A DNA stretch of 64,000 nucleotides from an uncultured delta proteobacterium (GTDB taxonomy: Bacteria > Desulfobacterota > Binatia > Bin18): the NCBI GenBank assembly GCA_963733195.1, contig CAVTCR010000047.1:1-64000 (forward strand), written 5' to 3'. The position numbers and the translations under genes are program-made. This document shows, in pieces, positions 38,886-53,335 of the stretch; the first letter of the stretch is position 1; each line of letters opens with the position of its first letter. The notes under the pieces are model-generated. The model had not been told where the DNA came from and did no database searches. It saw nothing but the letters and a program-made list of their open reading frames with translations.

Positions 38886-40931
38886 TTATTTTTCAAGCGT
38901 AAGGTAGGTATAACTTCCTAGCGCAGATTCATACTCACGCATCAGCTGATTGCCTAGCTCCGGTTTTAACCCTTCGCGGGTGATCCCTTCTGACACGCGA
39001 TTGCGGAATTCAGCCGTCAGTTCCCCGCGATCGTAGCCGAACACTTTAAGCACGCCTTCGATTTTATGCCCAGGCGTGATCTTGGTGATGTGACAGTTTC
39101 CCTTCCCGTCTGCCACGACAAACACGTCATGCACATGACCAAACAGGTTATGGTAATCACCCATCACATCCTGATAGGCACCAGTGAAGAAGACGCCTAG
39201 ATAGTAAGGATCACCATTCAACGCATGGAGTTCTAGCTCGTCTTTGATATCGCGCAAATCGATAAAATTGTCGATCTTGCCATCAGAATCGCACGTCAGA
39301 TCTGCCAGGTAGCCTTTGCGATCCGGCGCTTCATTCAGCCGATGAATCGGCATGATCGGGAAGAGTTGGTCAATCGCCCAAGAGTCGGGGATTGATTGGA
39401 ATACTGAAAAATTACAGATGAACTTGCGCGACAGCATGCGCTCAACGTCTTCAAACTCTTCAGGTATGTGCTTGGCAAGCTTAGCAAATTTGATCGCCCG
39501 TTCGCAAACTCCCCAGAACAGTTCCTGCCCAAGCCCACGATCTTCGAGCGACAAATAGCCAAGGTTGAACAATGAGAACATTTCATCTCGGCGTTCGACA
39601 ACGTCATGGTAGTATTCGCGATAATTCTTCCCGTTGATGCCGGAGTAAAGGTCATACATCTCTTGAATGACTTGAGGCTTCTTCTCGATAGTGGTGACAC
39701 GGACAGGACCGTTAGTCAGTGCTAACTCGTTAACCACATTGAAGATTAGCACAGCGTGAGGTGCAGCAACCATGCGTCCGTTCTCGGTTAGTACTATGGG
39801 CTCACGTACATCTTCGTTGTCACAGACTTCTTTAATCGAGTAGATAATGCCGTTGGCATATTCCTGTACGGAATAGTTTACGCTCGATTCAGAGTTGGTG
39901 CGGGAGCCATCGTAGTCGATACCCAAACCACCACCAACGTCGAGATAATCAAGATTAGTGCAGTGTTTGCGGAGTTTCGCGTAGGTGCGTGCGGCTTCTT
40001 TTACCGCTTCACGAATCCGTTTGATGTCGGTTACTTGGGAACCAATATGGAAATGGAGGATGCGGAGACAGTCCACCATGCGCTCGTCGGAAAGCACCTG
40101 AAGGCATTTGAGCAGGTCGGTTGTAGTGAACCCGAACTTGGAGAGATCGCCACTCGATTTCTCCCATTTACCGCTGCCACGAGAAGAAAGCTTCAGGCGA
40201 AGGCCAATAAAGGGGCGCACCTTCATCTTCTTGCTCAACTCCAGCAAAAGTCGCAGTTCAAATAAGCTCTCCAAAACAACGAAGACCTTCTTGCCAATCT
40301 GTTTGCCCATCAGTGCCAGTTTCAAATAGCCTTCATCTTTAACACCGTTGCAGATGATAGGTGCTTCCTCGCGTTTGGTCAGCGCCAAAGCCACGGTCAG
40401 CTCGGCTTTACTCCCAACTTCAAGACCCAAATTATAACGATCGCCAAAGTCGAGGACTTCTTGCACCACTTCTTTGAGCTGGTTCACCTTGATGGGAAAA
40501 ATCGGGAAGTATTCGCGTTTGTACTCGAACTCCTCGATTGCCGACTTGAACGCACTCGCAAGTTTCTTGATCTGGTAGTCAAGAATCTGTGGGAAACGGA
40601 GGACGATCGGAGCAGAAAGTCCACGTTTTTGTACTTCGGTAACGACATCCTTCAACGCAATTGGTGTCCCGCGCGTCCCCTCAAAGATCAGGACGACTTC
40701 GCCGTCGGGATTGACATCAAAGTACTCACTCCCCCAGTTGCGTACCCCGTAGAGATCAATAGTTTCTTCTAGGGCATTGCGTTTTGCTGACGGTCGCGAT
40801 CCCACCCCTGCCCGTTTTCCACCGGGCACTGCCGTGACGAGACGAACTTCCTTCATAGTACGCGAGCTTGCTTTTGCTACTGCCATGGGTACACGTACCC
40901 TCCTTGGGTTGTTGACGAACGGCTTATTCAC
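38886..40931 (-). CDS. speA: Biosynthetic arginine decarboxylase
   Basis: FPIKVNQ, GLEVGSKAE, LHFHIGSQ, DVGGGLGIDYDG, DLTCDSDG, GAYQD. Confidence 0.96.
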   Translation of the reverse strand: MNKPFVNNPRRVRVPMAVAKASSRTMKEVRLVTAVPGGKRAGVGSRPSAKRNALEETIDLYGVRNWGSEYFDVNPDGEVVLIFEGTRGTPIALKDVVTEVQKRGLSAPIVLRFPQILDYQIKKLASAFKSAIEEFEYKREYFPIFPIKVNQLKEVVQEVLDFGDRYNLGLEVGSKAELTVALALTKREEAPIICNGVKDEGYLKLALMGKQIGKKVFVVLESLFELRLLLELSKKMKVRPFIGLRLKLSSRGSGKWEKSSGDLSKFGFTTTDLLKCLQVLSDERMVDCLRILHFHIGSQVTDIKRIREAVKEAARTYAKLRKHCTNLDYLDVGGGLGIDYDGSRTNSESSVNYSVQEYANGIIYSIKEVCDNEDVREPIVLTENGRMVAAPHAVLIFNVVNELALTNGPVRVTTIEKKPQVIQEMYDLYSGINGKNYREYYHDVVERRDEMFSLFNLGYLSLEDRGLGQELFWGVCERAIKFAKLAKHIPEEFEDVERMLSRKFICNFSVFQSIPDSWAIDQLFPIMPIHRLNEAPDRKGYLADLTCDSDGKIDNFIDLRDIKDELELHALNGDPYYLGVFFTGAYQDVMGDYHNLFGHVHDVFVVADGKGNCHITKITPGHKIEGVLKVFGYDRGELTAEFRNRVSEGITREGLKPELGNQLMREYESALGSYTYLTLEK

Positions 40932-41254
40932 AATGGGCAGGGTTATCTCTTCTGCCCCTTCGTTCTTCGCGAGGAAATCCTCGCATCCTGCATTTTCGAT
41001 CGTAGAGAAAGGAAACAGACACAGCGGGGAAAAGTATCGCTTGTCTCTCGTCCTCGGAGAGAAAGTCGTGTTGTGGAATATCGTATCACGCTCATTAACG
41101 GCGTTCGCGCTGCCCCTATCAGTGTGAGAAGTTCCCCTTTATATAAAGCCTTTAATTTCTACTGTCAAAAGGAGAGAGGGAATTTTTTGCTCCCCAAGAT
41201 AAGTCGGGTTGCGGCATTGACGCCTGCTGACGATAACTTACAATTCCTCTTCAT

Positions 41255-42319
41255 ATGTCTCATCTGATTCCAAGCGTTACTCCAGCCAGTCTCGGCTATC
41301 GTATGCCAGCCGAGTGGGAACTGCATGAAGCCACGTGGATCGCTTGGCCGCACAATCTCAATACCTGGCCGGGAAAGTTTGACCTGGTGCCCGACACCTA
41401 TATCGAGATCGTGCGGGCTTTGCATACCCACGAAACAGTACACATCTGCGTTGAGGACACCGAGATGGCGGTACAAACACGCAAACTCCTCAAGCACGAG
41501 GGACTCGACCTCAGCGCAGTCAGATTTTATGAGATTCCGACTGACGACACCTGGGCACGAGACCATGGTCCGATCTTTCTCTCTCGCCTTTACGAGAACA
41601 AACAGGAGTTAGCTATTACCGACTGGATCTTTAACTCATGGGGAGAGAAGTACGGTCCCTGGGACTTGGATGATGTTGTCCCGCAGAAAATCGCCAAGAT
41701 GTTCAATCTCCCGCTCTTTGAGCCAGGGATCGTCCTTGAAGGTGGCTCGATCGATGTCAACGGGCAAGGGACTTTGCTCACAACCGAGGCGTGTCTCTTA
41801 AATCCGAATCGCAATCCAACGCTCACCCGGGAAGAGATTGAGGCGTATCTGCGGGCCTATCTTGGAGTGACGCATATCCTTTGGCTCGGCGATGGTATCG
41901 TGGGGGATGACACAGACGGACATATCGACGATCTTGCCCGCTTTGTGAACCCCACGACTGTGGTGTGTGCCCTTGAAGAAGACCCAACTGACGTCAATTA
42001 CGCTCTATTACGCGAGAATTTCGAGCGCTTACAGAAGATGACCGATCAAGACGGACGTCCATTACGTGTCGTGCCGCTCTGTATGCCAAGCCCGGTCGAC
42101 TACGATGGGACTCGCCTTCCAGCGAGCTATGCCAATTTCTACATCGCTAACGGCATCGTCCTAATGCCGACGTACGATTGCCCGAATGACAAACGCGCCA
42201 TGGCAACGTTGCACGAACTTTTTCCCTCTCGCCAGATCGTTGGCATTCATTGTACAGACCTAGTGTGGGGGCTCGGCGCTATTCATTGTATTACGCAACA
42301 ACAACCAGCTCTGTACTAA
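41255..42319 (+). CDS. aguA: Agmatine deiminase
   Basis: MPAEWE, WARDHGP, LEGGSI, DDTDGHID, ASYANF, GAIHCITQQ. Confidence 0.93.
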   Translation: MSHLIPSVTPASLGYRMPAEWELHEATWIAWPHNLNTWPGKFDLVPDTYIEIVRALHTHETVHICVEDTEMAVQTRKLLKHEGLDLSAVRFYEIPTDDTWARDHGPIFLSRLYENKQELAITDWIFNSWGEKYGPWDLDDVVPQKIAKMFNLPLFEPGIVLEGGSIDVNGQGTLLTTEACLLNPNRNPTLTREEIEAYLRAYLGVTHILWLGDGIVGDDTDGHIDDLARFVNPTTVVCALEEDPTDVNYALLRENFERLQKMTDQDGRPLRVVPLCMPSPVDYDGTRLPASYANFYIANGIVLMPTYDCPNDKRAMATLHELFPSRQIVGIHCTDLVWGLGAIHCITQQQPALY

Positions 42320-42335
42320 CCCTCACAGATTCTCC

Positions 42336-43700
42336 ATGAACACCTGGCAGCCGAAGTGTCTGATTTTCTCTATCGCTTTGTCTTTTGCTTTCATGCTCCA
42401 GCTCTTGCTTGCTCCATTGACAAGCTGGGCACAGGACGCCGGCCGTCGTAGTCCAGTGGTTGTCGCCGTGGAGAAAGCGAGCCCATCTGTTGTAAGCATC
42501 TTTTCTTCCCAAGAAGTCGAACGACAAGCGAATCCATTCAGTGGCAACCCGTTTTTCGAGGATTTTTTTCGCGACTTTTTCGAACCGTTTCCTGACCGTC
42601 GGACCGAGCGCAGTTTGGGCTCAGGGGTAGTTATCCGTCCGGATGGTTACATTCTCACCAACGAGCACGTGGTCCTTCAATCTGGCAAAGTGCAAATCCA
42701 ACTCGCCAACGAACGGAAGCTCAACGCTCGTCTGGTCGGCGCTGATTCAGATTCAGATCTCGCAGTCCTGAAAGTCGATGATGCCAAGTCGCTGTCGCAT
42801 TTGCCACTCGGCACGTCCGAGGATCTCCTGATCGGCGAGACGGTCATCGCGATTGGAAATCCCTTTGGCCTCTCCCATACTGTCACCACTGGTGTTGTCA
42901 GCGCGGTAAACCGCTCGCTCAATACAGGCGAGCGTACATACTACGACTTTATCCAAACCGACGCTTCAATTAATCCAGGGAATTCCGGTGGACCCCTCCT
43001 GAACATCAAAGGAGAATTGATTGGCATTAACACCGCTATTTACGGCAAGGCACAAGGGATTGGGTTCGCCATTCCTATTTCTCGGGCAAAGCGCATTGTC
43101 GAAGAATTGATTAGCCATGGCGCGGTCGAAGCGCCCTGGGTCGGGGTTGCAACACAAACACTCACGCCTGAACTGGCCTATCATTTTTCGCTGAAAGAAA
43201 AACAAGGAGTGTTGATCCGTTCCGTCGAACCAGAGAGTCCTGCGGCCTCTGCTGGGTTACAGCGTGGAGACGTGATAGTCAGTTTGGATGGAAAACCATT
43301 ACAATCAAGTGAGGAATACCTTCAACGGGAGCGAGCCTACAATAGCGGAGCGAAGCTGCGGTTCCGCGTCTCCCGTGACCGTCAAGAAAAAGAAATCATT
43401 GTCACTGCGGGGCGGTTTCCCCAAGAGAAGGCCGATGATCTTACTTGGAAGTTATTGGGGCTTGCGGTTGCAGAAACCAAAGACGGCCTTGAGATCAAGA
43501 AAGTTCGCTCTGCAAGTCCTGCTGAACGTATAGGATTCACACGTGGTGATATCATTCTCGGGATTGCAGGGAATCAAATCAAAACGTTGGCTGAGTTTCG
43601 CCGCAAGATTATTGATGGACGCATGAACCAAGGATTGTTACTCTCGGTTAGTCGCGGTCACAGCTTGTACCATATCACGGTTCCGCTTGATCAGGGTTGA
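42336..43700 (+). CDS. Do/DegQ-family periplasmic serine protease, two PDZ domains
   Basis: GSGVVI, TNEHV, IQTDASINPGNSGG, GIGFAIP. Confidence 0.93.
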   Translation: MNTWQPKCLIFSIALSFAFMLQLLLAPLTSWAQDAGRRSPVVVAVEKASPSVVSIFSSQEVERQANPFSGNPFFEDFFRDFFEPFPDRRTERSLGSGVVIRPDGYILTNEHVVLQSGKVQIQLANERKLNARLVGADSDSDLAVLKVDDAKSLSHLPLGTSEDLLIGETVIAIGNPFGLSHTVTTGVVSAVNRSLNTGERTYYDFIQTDASINPGNSGGPLLNIKGELIGINTAIYGKAQGIGFAIPISRAKRIVEELISHGAVEAPWVGVATQTLTPELAYHFSLKEKQGVLIRSVEPESPAASAGLQRGDVIVSLDGKPLQSSEEYLQRERAYNSGAKLRFRVSRDRQEKEIIVTAGRFPQEKADDLTWKLLGLAVAETKDGLEIKKVRSASPAERIGFTRGDIILGIAGNQIKTLAEFRRKIIDGRMNQGLLLSVSRGHSLYHITVPLDQG

Positions 43701-43938
43701 TAGGTTGTCACGCGATGTCTCTGACGGAGATCGGTAAGGAGCTTCAACCCCTTGCTTCCTAGAGGCCGCTACATACGGGAATGACCTGAGCAAATCTGTG
43801 CTTGCCTCACAAAGAGAGTCGCACATACGGTTCGCTTTTTCTTGACAAATTTGCGGGGAACCTCTACTCTTAGTGACCAACACGACGCATCCCGGCGTAT
43901 CCCCCGGAGGGTGTCGAACATGAGGAGGAGGAGGATGT

Positions 43939-46240
<2,302 letters not shown>

Positions 46241-46244
<4 letters not shown>

Positions 46245-46948
46245 CCATCAAGAAACGCATCGAAAGCCTCAACTGGCCAGCTCTCGAACAATCACTCTGG
46301 GATCGAGGCTACGCCAAAACTCCGCCACTGCTGACAGTAGATGAGTGCAACAAACTCATTGCCCTCTATCGGAAAGAGGAGCAGTTCCGCAGCCGAACGG
46401 ATATGGCGCGGTATCGCTTTGGCATCGGTGAATACAAGTATTTTGCTGATCCGCTGCCCCCACTGGTTCAACAACTACGTGAACATACGTACCCGCTACT
46501 TGCCCCGATCGCGAACCGCTGGATGGAAGCACTCCGCATTCCCGAGCAGTTCCCAACGACTCTCTCCGAATTTCTTTCCTACTGCCATGACCACGGACAA
46601 ACGCGACCGACGCCGCTCCTCTTGTACTATGAAGCAGGTGGCTATAACTGTATGCATCAGGACTTGTATGGAGCGGTTGCGTTTCCGTTGCAGCTGACGT
46701 TTTTTCTCAGTCGGCGCGAGGAAGACTATACTGGCGGTGAGTTTCTTCTAGTTGAGCAACGTCCGCGTGCCCAGTCACGTGGCGAAGCGATCGTCACTGA
46801 ACAAGGAGAGATGATTATTTTTACCACTCGCTATCGCCCCGCCCTCGGCAAGCGTGGCTATCATCGCGTCCAGGTGCGACATGGAATAAGCACCGTCACT
46901 GCGGGAAAGCGGTACACGTTAGGGGTGATTTTCCATAATGCAAAGTAA
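46241..46948 (+). CDS. 2OG-Fe(II) oxygenase (DUF2086-like)
   Basis: FRS...[36 protein letters not shown]. Confidence 0.88.
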
Positions 46949-46980
46949 GATTGTGGCAAAAAAGTGAGGCCACGTGCTCG

Positions 46981-47050
46981 ACATTCCGGGCGTGCAACGC
47001 GAGCCCTAGAATCCAGTCCCTCCTTTCTGGATTCCCACTCCTGTGGAATG
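46981..47050. repeat. Degenerate REP of the CATTCC...GAATCCAG family
   Basis: CATTCCGGGC...AGAATCCAG / CTGGATTCCCAC..GTGGAATG. Confidence 0.55.
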
Positions 47051-47091
47051 CTGATGCCCTCGCACCCTGCTTGAATTCAAGCTAGAACAGC

Positions 47092-47373
47092 GTGGCGATG
47101 CTTCAGCGGGTTCACCTGATTGTGCATGGTCGAGTCCAGGGAGTGTATTTTCGTGCGTCAACCAGAGATCGCGCTCGTCAGCTTGGACTCAGTGGCTGGG
47201 TGCGAAACTGCGCTGATGGAAGTGTCGAACTGGTCGCAGAAGGCGAAACGGCGAAACTCGAACAACTTGTTACCTGGTGTCGCAACGGACCACCAGGCGC
47301 TTTTGTCTCCGACATGGCAGTAGAGTGGAAAGAAGGAACGGGAGAGTTCACAGGATTCGCAGTGAAATACTAA
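47092..47373 (+). CDS. acyP: Acylphosphatase
   Basis: [24 protein letters not shown]. Confidence 0.93.
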   Translation: MAMLQRVHLIVHGRVQGVYFRASTRDRARQLGLSGWVRNCADGSVELVAEGETAKLEQLVTWCRNGPPGAFVSDMAVEWKEGTGEFTGFAVKY

Positions 47374-47489
47374 AAGAAAGTGAAGAGTGAAAAGTTAAGA
47401 GTTAAGAGTTTCGGAAAATGAAAAAGGCCATTCTCATTCGGAATTCTTCACTCTTCATTCTTCACTCTTAACTTGAAAAGGGAGGATCT

Positions 47490-48485
47490 ATGCCAAACAA
47501 AATCAACACCGTCACAGGTACTTGCACACCGCAGGAGTTGGGGACAACGCTGGTCCATGAACATCTGCTGATTGCGTGGTCCGGTTGGGAAGCAGATAGC
47601 ATCGTCGTCAAAGGATTCAAGCGTGATGAAGCCATGAAACTTTGCGTTGACCGTCTTAAAGAGCTGAAGTCGCTTGGCGTCGGGACGTTTATGGACCCAT
47701 GTCCGTCGGATTTGGGACGTGACCCTGAGTTTATGGCAGAAGCTTCAGTCAAATCTGGCCTGCGGGTGATCTGCGCCACGGGTCTCTACAAAGAAGACCT
47801 GGGGGGTGCCTATTTCAAGTTTTACCAACATTTTGGTACCGGCGCGGATGAAATTGCAGACTTGTACGCGCAAGAACTCACTGAAGGTATCGGCGACACC
47901 GGTGTAAAGGCAGGATTTATTAAGTGCGCAACTGGCGTACTGAAAAACGAAGTTGGTCGGCCTCACATCACTCCATACGAGGAGATGTGTTTGCGGGCTG
48001 CAGCTCGTGCTCATAAAGCGACTGGGGCACCGATCACCACCCATACCGATGAGGCAATGCTTGGTCTTGAGCAACTCGCGCTCTTTCAGAGTGAAGGGGT
48101 CGATGCGAAACGGGTGATCATCGGTCATAGTGGGGATACCGCCAATCTGGCTTATCACACCGAGATCATGGACCAAGGCGCATACCTGGGTTGTGACCGT
48201 TTCGGCTTAGAGATCATCTTGCCAGACAAGTTGCGGCTTGCCTCAGTGATTGGCCTCTGTGGGGTTGGCTATGCCGATCGGATCGTCCTGTCGCATGATT
48301 CGGTGGGTTGTTTCAAGGGACGTGCGATGGTCGTCCCTCCAGCGCAGCAACATCTTCTCGCCAACTATCACCCAACTCATCTATTCAAAAACCTGATCCC
48401 GCAGATGCGAGAAGCCGGAGTGAGCGACGCCAAGATTCGTACGATGCTGGTTGATAACCCGCGACGATGGTTTGCCGGGGAGTAG
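47490..48485 (+). CDS. Phosphotriesterase-related lactonase family protein
   Basis: TLVHEHL, GFIK, ITTHT, IIGH, DRFG, LSHD, DNPRR. Confidence 0.9.
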   Translation: MPNKINTVTGTCTPQELGTTLVHEHLLIAWSGWEADSIVVKGFKRDEAMKLCVDRLKELKSLGVGTFMDPCPSDLGRDPEFMAEASVKSGLRVICATGLYKEDLGGAYFKFYQHFGTGADEIADLYAQELTEGIGDTGVKAGFIKCATGVLKNEVGRPHITPYEEMCLRAAARAHKATGAPITTHTDEAMLGLEQLALFQSEGVDAKRVIIGHSGDTANLAYHTEIMDQGAYLGCDRFGLEIILPDKLRLASVIGLCGVGYADRIVLSHDSVGCFKGRAMVVPPAQQHLLANYHPTHLFKNLIPQMREAGVSDAKIRTMLVDNPRRWFAGE

Positions 48486-48589
48486 TTTCAGGTTCAAATT
48501 TCAAGGTTCAAAGTTTTGAGTGTCGAGAGGCGCCGGCTGAAGGTTGTTCCTTCCCTGTAGCCTTCAGCCTATAGCCTACAGCCTTTCTT

Positions 48590-51432
48590 GTGATTTACCT
48601 TCTCTTTTTTCTCTCCGGGTTTACCGCATTGCTGTATGAGGTGGTGTGGGAACGGCTGCTCCATCTCACTTTTGGTTTGTCGACGTATGCGGTGACGATT
48701 GTCACTGCGTCGTTTATGCTTGGGCTCGCCCTTGGCTATCTTGCTGGTCAACATCGTCGCATAGTGCAATATCATCCACTGATCGTGTATGGAGTTGCGG
48801 AAGGGGCAATTGGCGTCTTTGCACTCTTATTTCCGTTTCTTGTGCAGATCATCGACACGATCTATGTCGCCTCTGGCGGAAGTTTTCTACTTAAGATCCT
48901 CTTCTCGTTGCTCACTCTTGCTTTACCAGCAACATTGATGGGTCTCACGTTACCGACACTTGCCCGATATACAATCATAGACGGGCCAGTCGGAAAACGT
49001 ATCGGCCTCCTCTATGCTCTCAATACAACTGGTGCGGTACTAGGAGCGTTTTTCGCGGGAGTATTCTTCATCCGCACCTATGGCGTATTTCAGACGACTC
49101 TCATTGCCACCGCTATCAATGCCGCTATCTGCCTACTCGCATTAACTCAACCACGCAGAGCAACACGAGACATCAGTAGACAGGAATCGGAGCAGTATTC
49201 CGCCTCTGGCTCCGTTTCTCCACTCTCGTTTCTCGTCTTTCCGTTCATGACAGGTTTTATCGGCCTCGCTCTAGAAGTTTTGTGGGTACGTACATTAGTG
49301 TGTGTCGTATCGAACAACACCTACTCGTTCGCAGTGGTACTCGCAGATGTATTGCTCGGCCTCGCACTCGGTGCCTGGCTGTATGCGTGGATCGGCCCGT
49401 CACGGGCGTCGGCACAAACCAAAGCGTTCATCTTTTTTCTTGTTCAGTTGATCGCCGGTGTGTTTGTCATCTTCTCCTTGACTTCGTTTAATCATTTACA
49501 TTCCATCGCGCTCGACTTGAGTCGTCGCATCGGTGGTAATCATTGGCTCGGCTTGGGCCTAGTACGTATGGGTGCAGCAGCAGTGATCACGCTCATTCCA
49601 GCTTTGGTCTCTGGTTTTGTCACGCCACTTCTAGTTGATCTCTTACGTGAACGTACTCAACAGTCTGCAGAGCGTGTTGCTGGTTCTGTATTCGCCGCCA
49701 ATACGTTCGGTAGTATGAGTGGAGCGCTAGTCGGTGGATTGGTGCTCATCCCGCTCCTTGGCTTAAGTCATGGTATGGTCTTTCTGGCCCTTCTCTCTAT
49801 AGTCGTGGGTATTCTCCTGTTCTTGCGTCACCTCACTGCCCCGAGTCATCTCGTCTTTGCCGCAAGTACGTTTCTCACTGTTGGTGCTGTCCTTGCTGCA
49901 TTTCTTCTGCCCAAAGAACTAACACTGACCAAGTGGTACGACCGCTTTGAGAATGTCCAAGGAGACTTGCTCTTCTACCGGGAAGGAGCGTTTGGCACGG
50001 TCGCAGTGTATCAGCTTGGTGAAGTGAAGGAACTGACAATCAATTGTATCGAAGAAGTACCAACGCATCGCGACGCAGTTTCGACCTTCAAACTGCTCGG
50101 CCATCTTCCGTTGTTACTCCATGAGAATCCCAAGACATGTCCTCGTCAATGCCGTCGGCGGAGGAGTCACTCTTGGTGCAGTAACAAAACATGATGTGCA
50201 GGTCGACGCAGTGGACATTGTTCCTGACGTACGCGATGCTCTTCCGCTGTTTGCTAAAGAGAATGACAACGTCACCCAACGTGCCGAACTGGCAGTTGAT
50301 CGCTGACGATGGACGCCATTTTCTCAAAATTTCGCCACGGCAATACGATGTTATTACCGCCGACGCCACTCATCCTGCTGCCGCCGAATCCTGGGTGCTC
50401 TACACACAAGAGTACTATCAGCTCGTCAAATCGAAACTGACCGACAAAGGTATCTTTGCCCAGTGGTTACCGCTGCACAACATGGCTCCGGCAGATTATC
50501 TTTCGGTCTTGCGCACGTTTCGCAGTGTGTTTCCGACCACGCTCCTTCTCTTCACTAACCGCTACACCGTGATGGTGGGTGGGAAAGACACGCTCCAGCT
50601 GACTGCTGCAGCGATTGATCAACGCATCACGACCACCAATACTGTAGTCCAGAAGGACTTACAGGAGATCGGACTGACAAACGGCCAGGATGTACTGAAA
50701 TACATTATCTTTGATGGAGTGGGGATCGACAAACTCGTCGGCAATGACTATCCACTGCTGACCGACGATCACACTTCAGTTGAGTTCGCAGAGCTGAATC
50801 GTCTCGGCATGTCAGGTACGATGCCATTTATTCTCGCGCGTTTGCTACCACAGATGCACCCCGAGGAATTAGCTCAACAGTACGGGATCGATCCGCAAGT
50901 CACTCTCGCACGCGCACTCTTGATGCGTTCCAAAGCCGTAGGGACAGACGATCCCCTCGAACGTTCCTTCCAGGCTCTACGCGAAGTCGACCACGCATCA
51001 CAACTCGCCCCAACCGATGGTGATATTGCATACTATAAACAGATTACGACCCTTGAATTTCTTGATGTACTCAAAGCCCGCTATTCCGAACTCCTTAACT
51101 CGACCAATCCGCAGGCACTTCTTCCAAAAGCTGGCATGGCGGCAAAATTGCAACCGCAGAACCATTTTGCGCAAGAGTTACTAGGCGTCACACTTTTAAA
51201 GTTACAACGTTACGACGAGGCTATCGCACCGTTAGAAGCGGCAGTGGATCTCAAGAACGACGACATCAACTATCTCTCCAATCTTGCGTTCGCCTACGAA
51301 CAGGTAGGCCGTGCGAAGGATGCTCTGCGCGTCTTGCATCAGGCCAAAAGAGTGAAACCGGACGCAGGGAAGTTTCTTGATGAGGCAATCAAGCGGCTTG
51401 ACCAGAAGGTATTTCCGCCACTGCTTGAGTAG
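48590..51432 (+). CDS. Fused multi-pass membrane / spermidine synthase-like protein with C-terminal TPR (frameshifts near 50130-50280)
   Basis: SGFTALLYEVVW, LMGLTLP, LYALNT.GA, DGRHFL..YDVI.AD, LYTQEYY..FAQWLP, TDD, TPR-like tail. Confidence 0.85.
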
Positions 51433-51452
51433 AACCTAACAAAGGAAAAGAC

Positions 51453-51678
51453 TGTCATTGCGAAGAGCTCCCTGGGCTCAGACAGTTTCGACGAAGCATC
51501 TCCAGTAACAAATAGATCGCTTCGCTGCTCAGAAACAAAATGCTCCGCCCACTGCCACTCCTGCGATTCCAGCTTTCGCTGGAATGACGAAAACACTAGC
51601 CGTCATACCGGGCAAGGCCGCAGGCCGCGACCCGGAATCCAGGAGCACCATTCTCCACGCTTAGCGCCCGCACTATGG
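51453..51678. repeat. Composite REP/MITE-like element, copy 2
   Basis: TGTCATTGCGA...CGAAGCATCTC / AGATCGCTTCG then CTGCTCAGAAACAAA...[GTCATACCGGG...GGAATCCAG]...GCTTAGCGCCCGCACTATGG. Confidence 0.75.
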
Positions 51679-51713
51679 ATAGCACAAGACACCTATCCTG
51701 ACAAACTGAACTG

Positions 51714-52472
51714 CTAAAGCCTTCCAACTTTTGACTTTTGACTTTTGCTCTTTGCCTCTTGCTTTTTTTGTCCGATCATTGCCTTCCCCTGTATAGTCGC
51801 AACCAGTGTACTTTCCGGATCACCAAACTCGTCACGGTAGTCTCGCAGACTTCGCCGAATTACTTCGTGAGCATCGTGCTGGTCGTATACATGAGTAATA
51901 TCGACACGACGCTCGGTCGCGTCGGGGGCATCTTTATAGGTCAAGAAATAATGGCGAAGCCGCTCGACAAGTGTGGCAGGACAATGAGAGATAGTTTGCC
52001 AATTCCCATAGACCGCATCGTCGCGCATGACAGCAATGATTTTGTCGTCAGCCTGATTCCCGTCAATCATCCGCAGTCCGCCAATCGGAATCGCTTGTAA
52101 CAAGATGTCACCACGCGGAATGACTTTTTCCGTAAGTACACAGATATCGAGGGGATCACCATCTCCGACAATACCGTTTCGACCGGTCTTATCGGCACAA
52201 TATTGCCCCACCTGTCTGGCACACAGCGTTCGTGGAATGAAGCCATACAACGTCGGACAGATATTCGAATAGCGCTGCGGGCGATCAATCTTCAGAATGC
52301 CCGTAGCTTTATCTATTTCGTATTTGACGGTGTCAGTAGGCACAATCTCAATGTAAGAGGTCACAATTGCCGGTGCATCTTGACCGATCGGTACGCCATG
52401 CCAGGGGTGTGCTTTGAAAAGTAACCCTAGGAGTTGAGAAACTTTAGGCATAGTTCGTACACTCATCCACAT
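51714..52472 (-). CDS. ppa: Inorganic pyrophosphatase (family I)
   Basis: HPWHG, KYEIDK, YGFIPRT, DGDPLD, ADDKII, YFLTYK. Confidence 0.93.
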   Translation of the reverse strand: MWMSVRTMPKVSQLLGLLFKAHPWHGVPIGQDAPAIVTSYIEIVPTDTVKYEIDKATGILKIDRPQRYSNICPTLYGFIPRTLCARQVGQYCADKTGRNGIVGDGDPLDICVLTEKVIPRGDILLQAIPIGGLRMIDGNQADDKIIAVMRDDAVYGNWQTISHCPATLVERLRHYFLTYKDAPDATERRVDITHVYDQHDAHEVIRRSLRDYRDEFGDPESTLVATIQGKAMIGQKKQEAKSKSQKSKVGRL

Positions 52473-52494
52473 CTCCTCGCGTTTCGTCGTCGGA

Positions 52495-53334
52495 TCATTG
52501 ATTGCCTTCTTTCAATTTTATTCCTAGAGCATACACTTCGCGTTTAGAGACCCTACGCCTTTCGCTTACTAGCTGCGCGACCTCTTTGAGTGATAATCCT
52601 TCCTTCACTAACAGTCGGATGTCTTCGGCAAGCGGCACATCCTCACTCCTAGTCTTATCGGGGTTCCATCCCGTCACTAGCAAAGCTACCTCCCCTTTGA
52701 TCTCGCGCTCTTGTAGTGATTGACGGATTTCACTCACGAACCCACGCCGTAGTTCTTCAAACATTTTGGTGAGTTCTCGGCCGACGACAATCTGTCGATC
52801 TCCAAGAATGTGTTCAAGGTCCTCCAACATATCGAGCAGTCGATGCGGAGATTCAAAGAAGACGAGCGTACGCTCTTCCTGTTTCAGTCGCTCAAGGGCC
52901 TTTTGCCGTTGCCCGTGTTTCGCAGGAAGAAATCCCTCGAAGACGAACTTATCAGTTGGTAATCCCCCAACGCTCAACAACGCCGTCAGCGTCGATGCCC
53001 CAGGAAGAGGAACAACGGAAATTCCTGTCTCCCAAGCACCTTTGACAAGACGATAGCCTGGATCAGAAATTCCTGGTGTTCCGGCATCACTCACTAGTGC
53101 AACGTTCTTTCCGCTTTGCAATTGTCCGATCAACGCTGGCGCTTTTTCAGCTTCGATCTGATCATAGTAACTGGTCAGTGGCGTCTCAATTCCGTAATGG
53201 GTTAACAGTTTTCGTGTATGGCGCGTATCTTCTGCAGCGATAAGGTCGACTTCTTTCAAGATACGGAGGGCACGAAGGGTAATGTCTTCGAGGTTGCCGA
53301 TGGGCGTCGCCACGACGTACAAGACTCCCGCCAC
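52495..53334 (-). CDS. rsmI: 16S rRNA C1402 2'-O-methyltransferase
   Basis: LYVVATPIGNLEDIT, AEDTR, SDAGTPGISDPG, FESPHR, RELTK. Confidence 0.96.
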   Translation of the reverse strand: MAGVLYVVATPIGNLEDITLRALRILKEVDLIAAEDTRHTRKLLTHYGIETPLTSYYDQIEAEKAPALIGQLQSGKNVALVSDAGTPGISDPGYRLVKGAWETGISVVPLPGASTLTALLSVGGLPTDKFVFEGFLPAKHGQRQKALERLKQEERTLVFFESPHRLLDMLEDLEHILGDRQIVVGRELTKMFEELRRGFVSEIRQSLQEREIKGEVALLVTGWNPDKTRSEDVPLAEDIRLLVKEGLSLKEVAQLVSERRRVSKREVYALGIKLKEGNQ

Positions 53335-53335
53335 G